Below, in pieces: positions 39,878 to 50,038 of a stretch of DNA of 64,000 nucleotides. The notes under the pieces are model-generated. The model saw only the letters and a list, made by a program, of their open reading frames with translations. It did no database searches and was not told the origin of the DNA. Each line of letters starts with the position of its first letter. Within the stretch, counting starts at the first letter, position 1. This DNA comes from an uncultured Candidatus Binatia bacterium (GTDB taxonomy: Bacteria; Desulfobacterota; Binatia; UBA9968; CAXXLF01). The translations under genes and the position numbers were made by a program. The DNA lies in contig OZ244621.1 in the NCBI GenBank assembly GCA_965218425.1, forward strand, positions 3,520,001 to 3,584,000, given 5' to 3'.

Positions 39878-41305
39878 ATGCAGGCTTTCGATTACAACGT
39901 CGTCGTCATCGGCAGCGGTCCCGCGGGCTACACTGCTGCCGTTCAGGCATGCGAGCTGGGCGCCAAGGTCGCCATTGTGGAGCGGCACGAAACACTGGGC
40001 GGCGTTACCTTCCTTTCGGGCACCATACCCAGCAAGACCCTGCGTGAGGCAATCCTGTACTTGCGGGGGGTCCGGCAGCGTCCGTTCTACGGCACGGATT
40101 TCACCGAAAGAAAGAACATCACCATATCGGATCTGTTCGTTCGCGTGCGAAAAGTGGTCGATCAACGGATAACGATGATGGAAAACCAACTGCAAAGCCA
40201 CCGTGACCGGATCGATATCTTTCGAGGCTATCACGCCACCGTGGAGAGCCCGAACTCGGTGCATGCATGGCTCCTGAAGAACCCCATGGAGTCTCTCACC
40301 TTGACGGCGGAAAAGATAATCATCGCCGCCGGATCGAGACCCCGACGCATACCGGACATACCGGTTGACAATGAAGTCATCTTCGATTCCGACTCCGCGT
40401 TCACCCTGGAGCTTCAGCGTGAGACCCTGCCCGAATCGCTTATCATCGTCGGAGCCGGAGTCATCGGCGCGGAATACGGATCCGCCTTTGCGGTCTTGGG
40501 TTGCAATGTGTGGCTGGTTCAACACGATCATGATTTCCTCACCTTCGCGGAACGCCCGATCGTGGATATGCTGATCCGGCGCATGGAGGACTACGGCGTG
40601 GAGTTCGTCTGGGGAGCCGCGTATGAGAGGGTCGAACGCACCCCCGGGTCGGAAAGCAGGGCGCGCGTTTGCCTCACCGACGGCCGGGTCCTGGAGGCGG
40701 ACGCCTTGATCGTGGCCAAAGGACGTGAGGTGGCCTCCAAGGTCCTCGGTCTGGAGGACGTGGGCGTGGACGTCACCGAGCACGGCTTGATCAAGGTCAA
40801 TGAGTTGTTTCAGAGTTCGGTTCCCAGCATCTATGCCGCCGGCGACGTGATCGGGTTTCCGGCTCTGGCCTCCACCGGCAGCGAGCAGGGCCGCATGGCC
40901 GCCAGCTATGCCCTGGGGCGCAGGGTGGGGAGCCGAAGGACGTTGTTTCCCATGTGCGTCTATACGATCCCAGAAATCGCCATGGTGGGCTATACGCAAC
41001 AGGAGTTGCAGGCCAAAGGCATCCCTTACGCCCGGGGGGTAGCCTTTTATGAAGAGGTAACCAAAGCGGGCATCATCGGGGATGAGCACGGCATGCTGAC
41101 CCTGTTGTTCGAACCCAGCGGCTGGCATCTGCTGGGCGTGCACATCATCGGAGACCAGGCAGGCGAGCTGATTCACATCGGGCAGGCGGTGCTGAGCTAC
41201 AACGGCACCATCGACTATTTTCTTGACAACGTGTTCAATTTCCCGACCATGGGCGAAGCCTACAAGATTGCAGCGCTGAACGGCGTAAAGAAGGTCACCT
41301 CCTAG
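39878..41305 (+). CDS. sthA: Soluble pyridine nucleotide transhydrogenase-like flavoprotein
   Basis: GSGPAG, GTIPSKTLRE, GAGVIGAEY, GDVIGFPALAST, ELIHIGQAV, FNFPT. Confidence 0.85.
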   Translation: MQAFDYNVVVIGSGPAGYTAAVQACELGAKVAIVERHETLGGVTFLSGTIPSKTLREAILYLRGVRQRPFYGTDFTERKNITISDLFVRVRKVVDQRITMMENQLQSHRDRIDIFRGYHATVESPNSVHAWLLKNPMESLTLTAEKIIIAAGSRPRRIPDIPVDNEVIFDSDSAFTLELQRETLPESLIIVGAGVIGAEYGSAFAVLGCNVWLVQHDHDFLTFAERPIVDMLIRRMEDYGVEFVWGAAYERVERTPGSESRARVCLTDGRVLEADALIVAKGREVASKVLGLEDVGVDVTEHGLIKVNELFQSSVPSIYAAGDVIGFPALASTGSEQGRMAASYALGRRVGSRRTLFPMCVYTIPEIAMVGYTQQELQAKGIPYARGVAFYEEVTKAGIIGDEHGMLTLLFEPSGWHLLGVHIIGDQAGELIHIGQAVLSYNGTIDYFLDNVFNFPTMGEAYKIAALNGVKKVTS

Positions 41306-41315
41306 TCGCCCTTAG

Positions 41316-41349
41316 CCCTCACCTGACCCTCTCCCGGAGGGAGAGAGAG
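41316..41349. repeat. REP-like hairpin CCCTCACCTGACCCTCTCCCGGAGGGAGAG
   Basis: CTCTCCC-GGA-GGGAGAG stem just after the sthA stop. Confidence 0.55.
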
Positions 41350-41366
41350 CCGCAGTCGCGGTTACC

Positions 41367-41672
41367 GAACGGCTCATTACCTCCGACAAGGTGAACGCCA
41401 TCGTAGGCGGCGACTGCCCGGGCGTTACGATCGCCATGTTGAAAAACGTGGCGAAGGCCAACGGCATCGTGATGATCTGTCCGTCGGCCACGTCGCCGGC
41501 CCTGTCTACGGTCGAGGACGACGGACTCTTTTTCCAGACGGCACCGTCCGATGCCCGCTAGGGCGAGGTGGTCACGGACATTGTAAAGGAGAAGGGGATC
41601 AAGGAGGCGGCGCTCGCGTACACCAACAACGACTCTGGTAAGGGGCCGGCGGACAGCATCAAGGCCAACGTG
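41367..41672 (+). pseudogene. Internal fragment of a LivJ-like solute-binding protein
   Basis: ERLITSDKVNAIVG...PSATSPALST...FFQTAPSDAR*GEV...YTNND; internal stop, no start. Confidence 0.8.
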
Positions 41673-42080
41673 GGGAGGTGAGGTGGTCCCCCATTGCTGG
41701 ACAGTTTGGCAGCCTTGTTCAAGGTGTATTCCGGTGTCTGATCATGCCGCCAAGTTCCCGTTTATCACATTTTGCCGTTGCTGTTGAGCCTGTGGGGCTT
41801 GAACACATGCGTTCTAAGGGTATGCCGTCAGGCTTATCCATCGTGTCCTCCCATATCCTCCATATTCTCAGACTCCTCCCTGGTGCCGTAGATGTCCGGG
41901 CGGCGAGGGCGACATGCGGCCTGACGGTCACTTGCCCCGCTGTTTTAGCTGTGGTATGGCCACTTCTATGAACCTCGTAAAGCCCGAAAAATGCCAGGAG
42001 AAATGGTAAATAGGCAGAGATGGCATCTACGGCCAGCGATTTGTCGCCGTGCGCTCGAAGGAATAGGAGAATAAAGGACA

Positions 42081-43217
42081 ATGGAAGCGGAAAAACTGCA
42101 AGAACTACCAAAGATACAGCGGCAGAGCCCCTACCACGAGTGGCAGGCAGGAGAGGGCATCCCCATTGTAACCGGATTGTGTATCAATGACCTGAACGAA
42201 GTGGAGCTCAAACCCTGGGCGCGTACGGGAGGGTTGGGGGCGTTCGTGGATTTGGGTAATCGACCTGGTTTTGAGAGGGGTTCTTATTTAGGAGAGATTC
42301 CTGCTGGAGGAGAGCTCAAGCCGCAGAGACATATGTATGAGGAAGTGATTTACATTGTCAGCGGAAGGGGCGCCACCACCATCTGGACTGACGGACAACC
42401 CAGGCGAACGGTGGAGTGGCAGGAAGGGAGTTTCCTCGCCATCCCGCTCAACGTATGGCACCAGCACTTTTGCGGTGAGAAGGACCGCCCGGCTCGCTAC
42501 CTGGGTCGTACCAATGCGCCGGCCATGATGGGGATGTTTCACAACGACAAATTCATCTTCGATAATCCTTTTGTCTTCGATGACCGCTTCAACGGCCAGG
42601 AGGAGTTCTATAGCGGCGATGGGAAACTCTACCAGAAGCGGATCTGGGAGACCAACTTCGTTCCAGACGCCCGCAGCTTCAAACTCTACGAATGGAAGGA
42701 ACGCGGAGCGGGTGGGACCAACGTAATGTTTGAAATGGCCGATGCCCAGTTGGCTTGCCATATCTCTCAGTTTCCTATTGGAACCTATAAGAAAGCTCAC
42801 GTGCACAGCCGGGGGCTTGACAAGGGGGGAGGGGCCAACCTGGTTATTCTAGATGGAGAGGGGTACACTCTCGTGTGGCGGCCGGAAGATAAGGAAAAAC
42901 GACGCCTGGACTGGAAGACAAACAGCGTTGTGGTGGCCCCCAGCTCATGGTTCCACCAGCACTTCAACACGGGTTCCACGCCAGCCCGTTACCTGGCGCT
43001 CCGCGGAGGGACAGGCGATCGATATTGGAACGGGATGGAACGGATTGCCGACGTCAACGAAAAGGAAGGCGGATGTCAGATCGAATACGAAAATGAAGAC
43101 CCTGAAGTTCACAAGTACTTCGAACAGCAGCTTCAGCGACATGGCACCACCTGCCGTATGAAGGGCCTGAGTCCCTACTGCACCGGCGAGGCTCCCATAG
43201 CCAAGAGAGGAACCTGA
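42081..43217 (+). CDS. Bicupin protein
   Basis: N-domain PQRHMYEE...PLNVWHQH; C-domain KKAHVH...WFHQHFN. Confidence 0.87.
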   Translation: MEAEKLQELPKIQRQSPYHEWQAGEGIPIVTGLCINDLNEVELKPWARTGGLGAFVDLGNRPGFERGSYLGEIPAGGELKPQRHMYEEVIYIVSGRGATTIWTDGQPRRTVEWQEGSFLAIPLNVWHQHFCGEKDRPARYLGRTNAPAMMGMFHNDKFIFDNPFVFDDRFNGQEEFYSGDGKLYQKRIWETNFVPDARSFKLYEWKERGAGGTNVMFEMADAQLACHISQFPIGTYKKAHVHSRGLDKGGGANLVILDGEGYTLVWRPEDKEKRRLDWKTNSVVVAPSSWFHQHFNTGSTPARYLALRGGTGDRYWNGMERIADVNEKEGGCQIEYENEDPEVHKYFEQQLQRHGTTCRMKGLSPYCTGEAPIAKRGT

Positions 43218-43227
43218 GGAGATATTT

Positions 43228-44379
43228 ATGGCACAAGGCGGTCAAGCAGCCAAAGCAACGGAGGATACTGCGGCTCTGAGTCTCTCTAGCAGGGGCTCGG
43301 CCTATGAGAGATGGGTGGAGTCCACCGGCGTCCCGACCCACAAGGGCTATTACGTGAAGGACCTGCGGACTCTGGAATTAGGCTGGTGGGAGGAGCGGCA
43401 ATGCAACGCAAGTTTTTTACTGTTGGCTGGTCAGGAAGGCGTGACCGAGGCCCGTGTCACGGAGATTCCTCCCGGGAAGACATTGCCGCCGATTCGGTTT
43501 GCCCTGGATGAGATCGTGTATGTGGCGGACGGGCGAGGGTTGACTACGGTGTGGGGGAAGGAAGGAGGCCCAAAGAAAACATTCGAATGGCAGAAGCACA
43601 GCCTGTTTATGATTCCCCGCAACCATTTCCATCAGCTCAGTAATGCCCAGGGCTACCAGGGGGCTAGGCTGATGCATTACAACTACTTGCCCATCGCCAT
43701 GTCCATCGTCCCGGACCCGGACTTTTTCTTCAACAATTCGTATATCAGGTCGGATATTTTGGAGGGTCAAGAGGGGGAGTTCTATTCTGAGGCAAAGGAA
43801 ATCAAATTGGCCGCAAACGGCTCCGAGGCTCGCTCGGTCCAGTGGTTGGGAAATTTTTTTCCTGATATGAGGGCCTGGGATAAAATCAAACCCTATAGGG
43901 AGCGGGGAGCGGGCGGACATCGAGTGCAGGTCCGGTTCCCCAGATCTGAGATGTGGAGTCACATGTCGGTCTTCCCCTCCAAGACCTATAAGAAGGGTCA
44001 CAGGCATGGGCCCGGTGTGGTGATCATCATTCCCGCGGGCGAAGGGTATTCCATCATGTGGCCCGAAGGCGGCGAGAAGGTCGTCATCCCCTGGCATGAG
44101 GCCAGTGTCTTTGTTCCACCCAATCGGTGGTTCCACCAGCATTTCAATGTGGGGCCGACTCCTGCCAGATACCTAGCCTCCCACGCCCCCCGTGGAACCT
44201 CCGGGAGGAGCGAGCGGGTGGAGGACCGCCAGCGAGATCAAATCGAGTATCCCGCCGAGGATCCTTGGATCAGACAGAAGTTTGAAAAGGAGCTCGGCAA
44301 AAGGGGGCTCAAGTCCTTGATGCCCGATGAGTGCTACAAGGATCCGAACTACGAGTTCCAATATGAAGAGGATAAGTAA
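43228..44379 (+). CDS. Bicupin protein
   Basis: KKGHRHGPG...PPNRWFHQHFN; paralogue of 1929 and 4495. Confidence 0.87.
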   Translation: MAQGGQAAKATEDTAALSLSSRGSAYERWVESTGVPTHKGYYVKDLRTLELGWWEERQCNASFLLLAGQEGVTEARVTEIPPGKTLPPIRFALDEIVYVADGRGLTTVWGKEGGPKKTFEWQKHSLFMIPRNHFHQLSNAQGYQGARLMHYNYLPIAMSIVPDPDFFFNNSYIRSDILEGQEGEFYSEAKEIKLAANGSEARSVQWLGNFFPDMRAWDKIKPYRERGAGGHRVQVRFPRSEMWSHMSVFPSKTYKKGHRHGPGVVIIIPAGEGYSIMWPEGGEKVVIPWHEASVFVPPNRWFHQHFNVGPTPARYLASHAPRGTSGRSERVEDRQRDQIEYPAEDPWIRQKFEKELGKRGLKSLMPDECYKDPNYEFQYEEDK

Positions 44380-44436
44380 AGGCGGTAAATCGAGATAAGG
44401 GGTTGCGGTTAAGAATCAAAGAAGGCGGCGAACACT

Positions 44437-45531
44437 ATAGCTACACAGCAAAAGCAAGATCTGTGGACCATTACACCGTTTGAAAAGTGGGTGGAAGAAG
44501 AGGGAATTCCCGTTATCACTCAGCAGTACGTCTATGACGTGGCTGAGGTGAAATTAGGACCGTGGAAGCGAACCGGTTGTTATGGTGCCATCCTGGACCT
44601 GGAGGCGGACCCCATTTCAGGGGCACTGGTAAACAGTGGCGGGCTGATCGCTTACCTGTGCGATATACCTCCGGGGGGGACATTTACGGCTGAAAAGCAT
44701 CTTTACGAAGAGATCATTTATGTGGTGAAAGGCATGGGGGGTGCCGCCATCTGGAACGAGGGAGGTAAGAAACAAACCTTTGAATGGCACGAGGGAAGCC
44801 TCTTTTCTCCTCCGCTAAACGCTTGGCACGAGATTCACAACGGCCAAGGGAGTGAGACGGCTCGGCTGCTGGTGGTAACCCATGCCCCGGGGGCCGTCAC
44901 CGTTTATCGAAGCAGGGACTTTATCTATAACAATCCCCATGTCTTCACCGAGCGCTACGGCGGAGAAACGGATTACTTCAATCCGAAGGGCAAGAAACTC
45001 GAATCTAGATTTCTAGAAACCAACTTTGTGCCGGATGTGAGAAGTCTAGAGCTGGATACATGGACCAATCGAGGATCTGGCGCCAACATGATGTTTCTCA
45101 TGTCCGATGGAGGCCTCATGGCCCATGTGTCGGAGTTTCCTCCAGGCACCTATAAAAAGGGTCACAGCCATCACGGGAGCGGTTTTCGCGGCAAGGCCCA
45201 TATATTGATTATTAGCGGCAGCGGTTATGATCTCCAATGGCCCCCCGATGAACCGGAGAAACGGGAGAAGATCAACTTCAAAGAGGGAACCGTATTCACC
45301 GCGGGTCGCGGATACCATCAACACTTTAACACTTCCAACAAAAACGCCCGCTACCTGGCATTTAGAACTGGCAATCCCAGATACTCGGGCATCATGGGAA
45401 CAAGGTACAAGGATACGGGCGGAGACCAGATCGATTATAAAGACGAGGATCCGGCCATCCGGGCACTGTTCATGGAGGAGCTAAAGAAAGCAGGAATCCC
45501 TTTCGCCATTCCCCAAGAGGGCTTCAGGTAA
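44437..45531 (+). CDS. Bicupin protein (start uncertain: ATA 44437, CTG 44461 or GTG 44491)
   Basis: AEKHLYEE...PLNAWHE; KKGHSH...YHQHFN; conserved TPFEKW lies upstream of the first canonical start. Confidence 0.8.
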   Translation: MATQQKQDLWTITPFEKWVEEEGIPVITQQYVYDVAEVKLGPWKRTGCYGAILDLEADPISGALVNSGGLIAYLCDIPPGGTFTAEKHLYEEIIYVVKGMGGAAIWNEGGKKQTFEWHEGSLFSPPLNAWHEIHNGQGSETARLLVVTHAPGAVTVYRSRDFIYNNPHVFTERYGGETDYFNPKGKKLESRFLETNFVPDVRSLELDTWTNRGSGANMMFLMSDGGLMAHVSEFPPGTYKKGHSHHGSGFRGKAHILIISGSGYDLQWPPDEPEKREKINFKEGTVFTAGRGYHQHFNTSNKNARYLAFRTGNPRYSGIMGTRYKDTGGDQIDYKDEDPAIRALFMEELKKAGIPFAIPQEGFR

Positions 45532-45668
45532 CAGACCTCCTGAATTTATGGCTCGCAATGTTCCTGCTCCGGAGCTGGGGTGATCAACGTGGAATCCATT
45601 TGCAAGAAAATTACTGAGGAAGCGATGTGCGGAGAATGGGGTCTCAAATTTCCAACGGAGGATATTAG

Positions 45669-46430
45669 ATGACGCGATTACAGGACCGAGTTGCCGTAGT
45701 CACTGGGGCCGCCACCGGGCTGGGAAGAGTGTATGCCCTGCGCCTAGCTTACGAGGGCGCCCATGTTTGCGTGGCGGACATAAATTTGGAAGGAGTGGAA
45801 AAGACCGCCAATTTGATTCGAGAAACCGGGAGGGATGCGCTAGCCCTCAAAATGGACGTGACCTCCGAAGAGGAAACCGTCCAGGGCGCAAAGGCCGCCT
45901 TCGATCACTTCAAAAAAATCCATATCCTTGTGAACAATGCAGGAATAGTGCGGAACGTTCCTCGAATACCTCTCCAGGATCTAACCCTCTCCGAGTGGAA
46001 CAGGATTATCAATGTTAACTTGACCGGAACTTTCCTTGCCAGCAAGGCTTTTGCTCCTTACTTGATTCAGACCGGAAAGGGGAAGGTGATTAACATCAGC
46101 TCTGGGGTGGCGCTGCACGGCACGGCCCTTAGGCAAGACTATGTGGCCTCCAAGGCCGGCGTCATCGGTTTTACCCGCGCCCTTGCCGTGGATCTTGGTC
46201 CACATAATATCAATGTCAATGTGGTGACCCCGGCAGGCGTGGATGCATCCGAGGCAAGGGGGGAGGCACCCAGGCCGCTGCCTCCCAATAGCCTGAGGGG
46301 GCGCTACATTCAAAAGGATCTCCTTCCCAAAGATCTGGAGGGAGTCATTGCCTTCTTAGCTTCGGATGACAGTGACATGATCACAGGGCAGGTGATCAAC
46401 GTAGATGGTGGCAGAGTGTTCGTGGGTTGA
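45669..46430 (+). CDS. Short-chain dehydrogenase/reductase (FabG-like SDR)
   Basis: TGAATGLG, NNAG, NISS, YVASK, ITGQVINVDGG. Confidence 0.93.
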   Translation: MTRLQDRVAVVTGAATGLGRVYALRLAYEGAHVCVADINLEGVEKTANLIRETGRDALALKMDVTSEEETVQGAKAAFDHFKKIHILVNNAGIVRNVPRIPLQDLTLSEWNRIINVNLTGTFLASKAFAPYLIQTGKGKVINISSGVALHGTALRQDYVASKAGVIGFTRALAVDLGPHNINVNVVTPAGVDASEARGEAPRPLPPNSLRGRYIQKDLLPKDLEGVIAFLASDDSDMITGQVINVDGGRVFVG

Positions 46431-46466
46431 TCCCTAGGGACTGGTTAATAGCGAAAGGAGATACGC

Positions 46467-47540
46467 ATGATGGAATTTATCGATGCTGATGGACATGTAG
46501 AAGAGTCGACAGCGATGTTTTCTCTCTTGGAAAAAGAGTTCTACCCCCGTAGGCCTTTGCCTCTGGGATTTGAGCAAGATACGGTTTATGGCCCCAATAA
46601 TGCGGTTTGGTATCTTGACGGCAGGACCTATCCGAAACTCGTGGGCCAGGGAGGCTTTCGCTTTGCTACTCCGACGATCATGGAGCAGGCAAAGCGTAAG
46701 TCGGCATCCATCCCGGCGCAGGAGCTGACCGATGTGCAGGGCAGGCTGAGAGATTTTGATCGTGCCGGGATTCACAAGCAGGTTGTATACCCCACGATGT
46801 TCCTGGTCACCACCACCGACGATGTGAAGTTGGAAGCTGCCCTTTTTCGAGCTTACAACAACTTCATGGCCGACGCCTGTGGCCAATCTGGAGGAAGAAT
46901 CCGATTCGCCGCTCTGGTTCCCATCAGGGATGTGGAAGAATCCGTAAAGGAGCTACGTAGGGCCAAAGGTCTGGGAGCGGTTTCTGTGATGCTTTTGGGG
47001 GTGGCGTGGGACAAGAGCCTGGGGGATGAGGCCCTGCATCCCTTCTACGAGGAGGCTGCGCGCTTGGATATGCCGGTTTGCGTCCATTTCGGTTGGGGGT
47101 GCCCGGCCATCACAGGTGCGTTCAACTCCAACGAGAGTTTCAACAGCGCTATTCTGCCGGTGGTTATGGGATTTCATAGTATATTAAAGTCCGGCGTGTT
47201 AGAGGAATTCCCAAAGCTCAAGTTTGCCTTTTTAGAGGCGGGTTCCCAATGGGTGCCTTACGTGGTGCATCAGCTCAGGAGAGGCAACAAAGTGAGTCGA
47301 GACCCCGCTGACTACTTCCGTGAAGGCAGGGTTTATGTGGCGTGTGAGGCGGATGAGGACATTGAGAGCGTAATTAAAAGTACCGGCGAGGACTCGCTGG
47401 TGGTGGCCTCGGACTATCCTCATTCCGATCCTTCCCACGAGGACAACGTGGTGGAGGCGATCATGAGGAGAGAGGATCTGTCCTTGGGAGCGAAAGAAAA
47501 GATTCTTGCCGCAAATCCCCAGAGGTTGTATCAAATTTAA
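46467..47540 (+). CDS. Amidohydrolase_2 family protein (hydrolase/decarboxylase/hydratase)
   Basis: IDADGH, RAYN, PVCVH, FLEAG, ASDYPH.D. Confidence 0.88.
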   Translation: MMEFIDADGHVEESTAMFSLLEKEFYPRRPLPLGFEQDTVYGPNNAVWYLDGRTYPKLVGQGGFRFATPTIMEQAKRKSASIPAQELTDVQGRLRDFDRAGIHKQVVYPTMFLVTTTDDVKLEAALFRAYNNFMADACGQSGGRIRFAALVPIRDVEESVKELRRAKGLGAVSVMLLGVAWDKSLGDEALHPFYEEAARLDMPVCVHFGWGCPAITGAFNSNESFNSAILPVVMGFHSILKSGVLEEFPKLKFAFLEAGSQWVPYVVHQLRRGNKVSRDPADYFREGRVYVACEADEDIESVIKSTGEDSLVVASDYPHSDPSHEDNVVEAIMRREDLSLGAKEKILAANPQRLYQI

Positions 47541-47606
47541 GTTTTGACGGAGTATGATCCATTGCGGTCTGCACGACACAATTCAATTTCCAACATAGGA
47601 GTGTTT

Positions 47607-48776
47607 ATGAAAATCCGTTCCGCTTTCTTTTCAGTTTTCCCGGTTAAACCAACGACAGGCAGGGCCCTTCCCTTAGCGTTTGGGCTAATGGCCATGCAGG
47701 TCCTTATGGGATTAATAGGGCCGGCTGCTCACGGGTCATGGAAAGAAGAGTGGGATAAAACGGTCGCTGCGGCTAAAAAAGAAGGGATGGTCAGAGTTTA
47801 CATTAGCGGCTATGACAGGATTTTGCCTATATTCGAGAAGGAATTTGGCATTAAAGCCATCGGGGTGACGGGCCGAGGACATCAACTCCTACAGCGCATC
47901 ATAACCGAGAAGAGGGCAAGAAAAAATATTGCGGACGTTTTCAATGCCGGAGTCCCTGTGCCCTATCCTCTGTACTATCGTGCCACCAAGGGTTTGGTTC
48001 CCATCCGCGCCGCTCTTATTTTGCCTGAAGTCAAGGACAAGTCGAAGTGGTGGATGGGAAGGCATATCTATGCTGACCCAGGGCGAGAGCTGGTATTTAT
48101 CTATGTGGGAGTCATTCAGGCAGGTTCGATCTCATATAATACCAATCTTGTGGACCCAAAAGAATTCAGCTCATTCTGGGACTTTCTTAAACCTAAATGG
48201 AAAGGGAAAATAGAGGCCAGAGATGTCAGGGTTCCTGGACCTGGCAGTGGGGCCATGCGGTTCTTTTACCACAACCCGGAGCTTGGGCCTAAATTTATTA
48301 AGCAGCTGTTCGGCGAGACTGACATCAAGCTTTTTCGAAGCTTCCGCCAAGGCCCTGACTGGCTGGCCAAGGGGCGGTATGCCATATGCTTTTTTTGCTC
48401 CGGTATTACCCCCATGATCCGCCAGGGTCTTCCTGTGAATGAATTTGGCCCGACTATGAAAGAGGGAGCCGGAATTGTCTCCCACTTCGGCGGTCTTGGC
48501 TTGGTCAAGGACGCGCCCCATCCAAACGCTGCGAAGGTTTTTGTCAACTGGTTCCTCTCCCGCAAGGGACAACTTGCGTTGCAGAACGTCATGGCTGAAG
48601 CCGATACACCCGTCGACTCGCTGAGGATTGACATCCCCAAAGACATGATTCCACCGATTGAGCGCCGACAAGAAGGAGCCAAGTACATTGTTCTCGATGC
48701 CCTCCCCGGTTCCCTCGACATGAAACCCATTCTCGATACCATGATACAGGCGGTCAGGCAGCGCAAAAACAGGTGA
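47607..48776 (+). CDS. ABC solute-binding protein (same family as 6739..7866)
   Basis: WDKTVAAAKKEG, PKWKGKI, APHPNAAKVFVNWFLSRKGQ. Confidence 0.87.
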   Translation: MKIRSAFFSVFPVKPTTGRALPLAFGLMAMQVLMGLIGPAAHGSWKEEWDKTVAAAKKEGMVRVYISGYDRILPIFEKEFGIKAIGVTGRGHQLLQRIITEKRARKNIADVFNAGVPVPYPLYYRATKGLVPIRAALILPEVKDKSKWWMGRHIYADPGRELVFIYVGVIQAGSISYNTNLVDPKEFSSFWDFLKPKWKGKIEARDVRVPGPGSGAMRFFYHNPELGPKFIKQLFGETDIKLFRSFRQGPDWLAKGRYAICFFCSGITPMIRQGLPVNEFGPTMKEGAGIVSHFGGLGLVKDAPHPNAAKVFVNWFLSRKGQLALQNVMAEADTPVDSLRIDIPKDMIPPIERRQEGAKYIVLDALPGSLDMKPILDTMIQAVRQRKNR

Positions 48777-48832
48777 GAAGGAACAACCATAGCAAGGAGA
48801 ATGTCAGATAAAACAGCCCTAGAGGTGTAACA

Positions 48833-50038
48833 ATGGCGACGCACGAAGCTGATATATTGACTTGTACCGATCCGGGCACTCCTTGCGGTGAACTCATGCG
48901 CCGGTATTGGCAGCCCACGGCTCTTTCAGAGGAGTTGCCGCCGGGTGGTGCCCCCGTCCCCGTCAGGTTGTTAGGAGAAGATCTGGTTGCCTTCAGGGAC
49001 GATCAGGGTCGCCCCGGTTTGTTAGGTCTTCACTGTTCTCACCGCGGAGCCGATTTGAGTTACGGACGGGTGGAGGACGGTGGGTTGAGGTGTATCTACC
49101 ACGGCTGGCTCTATGACATTCACGGAAAGTGCCTCGACCAACCGGGTGAGCCTGGCGGCGGTGAGCACAGGGGATCCATCCGTCATCCCGCATATCCCTG
49201 CGTGGAAAAGGCAGGAGTTGTCTTTGCCTATCTGGGCCCAGGAGAACCACCGCTGCTTCCCAACTACGAGTTTCTTGCGGTGCCTGCGGATCATGTGTTT
49301 GCGATCAAGCTGTTCAACGATTCGAATTATCTCCAAGGCAATGAGGGTAACATCGACCCGGTGCACCTGTCGTTTTTGCATCGAAAGATCAACGCCGGAG
49401 ACCTTACGGAAAGAGATCTTGCCCCTAAAATTGAGGTGGAGATTACGGATTTCGGAGTTCGAATTTATACGGTTCGTAAGGCAGATGCAGAGAAATCCTA
49501 TCTGAGAGTCTCGAATTTTATCTATCCTAATCTGAGTAGCTTCCCTGGTGGAGTAGGGCGAAACGGCTATAGTGTCAACTGGCATGTGGCCATAGACGAT
49601 ACCCATCACTGGAAATATACATTTACCTTCGATAGGGATAACCCCCTGGACAAAGAGGTGACCCGAAGGGGTCGTAGTGATATGACGCCTGACTATAAAC
49701 CGCTCCGTAATAAATCCAATCGATACCTTCAAGACAGGGAATCCATGAAGGACGAGAGTTACACCGGCATCGGGTTTGTCTTTCAAGCCCATGACCTCTG
49801 TGTCGTGGAGGGCGCAGGTGCGATCGAGGACAGAACGAAAGAACACCTGACTTCTTCCGATATGGCTATCGTAGCCTCACGCAAGCTCCTTTTGAAAGGA
49901 ATTCAAGACGTGCAGGAAGGACGGGATGCGCCTCACGTGGTCCGGGATCCGAAGAAAAATAATTTTTTGCATCTCATTACTCGGGGTGATGTCATCCCAA
50001 GCTCAACCGACTATAAAGAGTACGTCGCACAGCTCTAA
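48833..50038 (+). CDS. Rieske non-heme iron oxygenase alpha subunit
   Basis: CSH...CIYH; GNIDPVHLSFLH; AHD. Confidence 0.93.
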   Translation: MATHEADILTCTDPGTPCGELMRRYWQPTALSEELPPGGAPVPVRLLGEDLVAFRDDQGRPGLLGLHCSHRGADLSYGRVEDGGLRCIYHGWLYDIHGKCLDQPGEPGGGEHRGSIRHPAYPCVEKAGVVFAYLGPGEPPLLPNYEFLAVPADHVFAIKLFNDSNYLQGNEGNIDPVHLSFLHRKINAGDLTERDLAPKIEVEITDFGVRIYTVRKADAEKSYLRVSNFIYPNLSSFPGGVGRNGYSVNWHVAIDDTHHWKYTFTFDRDNPLDKEVTRRGRSDMTPDYKPLRNKSNRYLQDRESMKDESYTGIGFVFQAHDLCVVEGAGAIEDRTKEHLTSSDMAIVASRKLLLKGIQDVQEGRDAPHVVRDPKKNNFLHLITRGDVIPSSTDYKEYVAQL

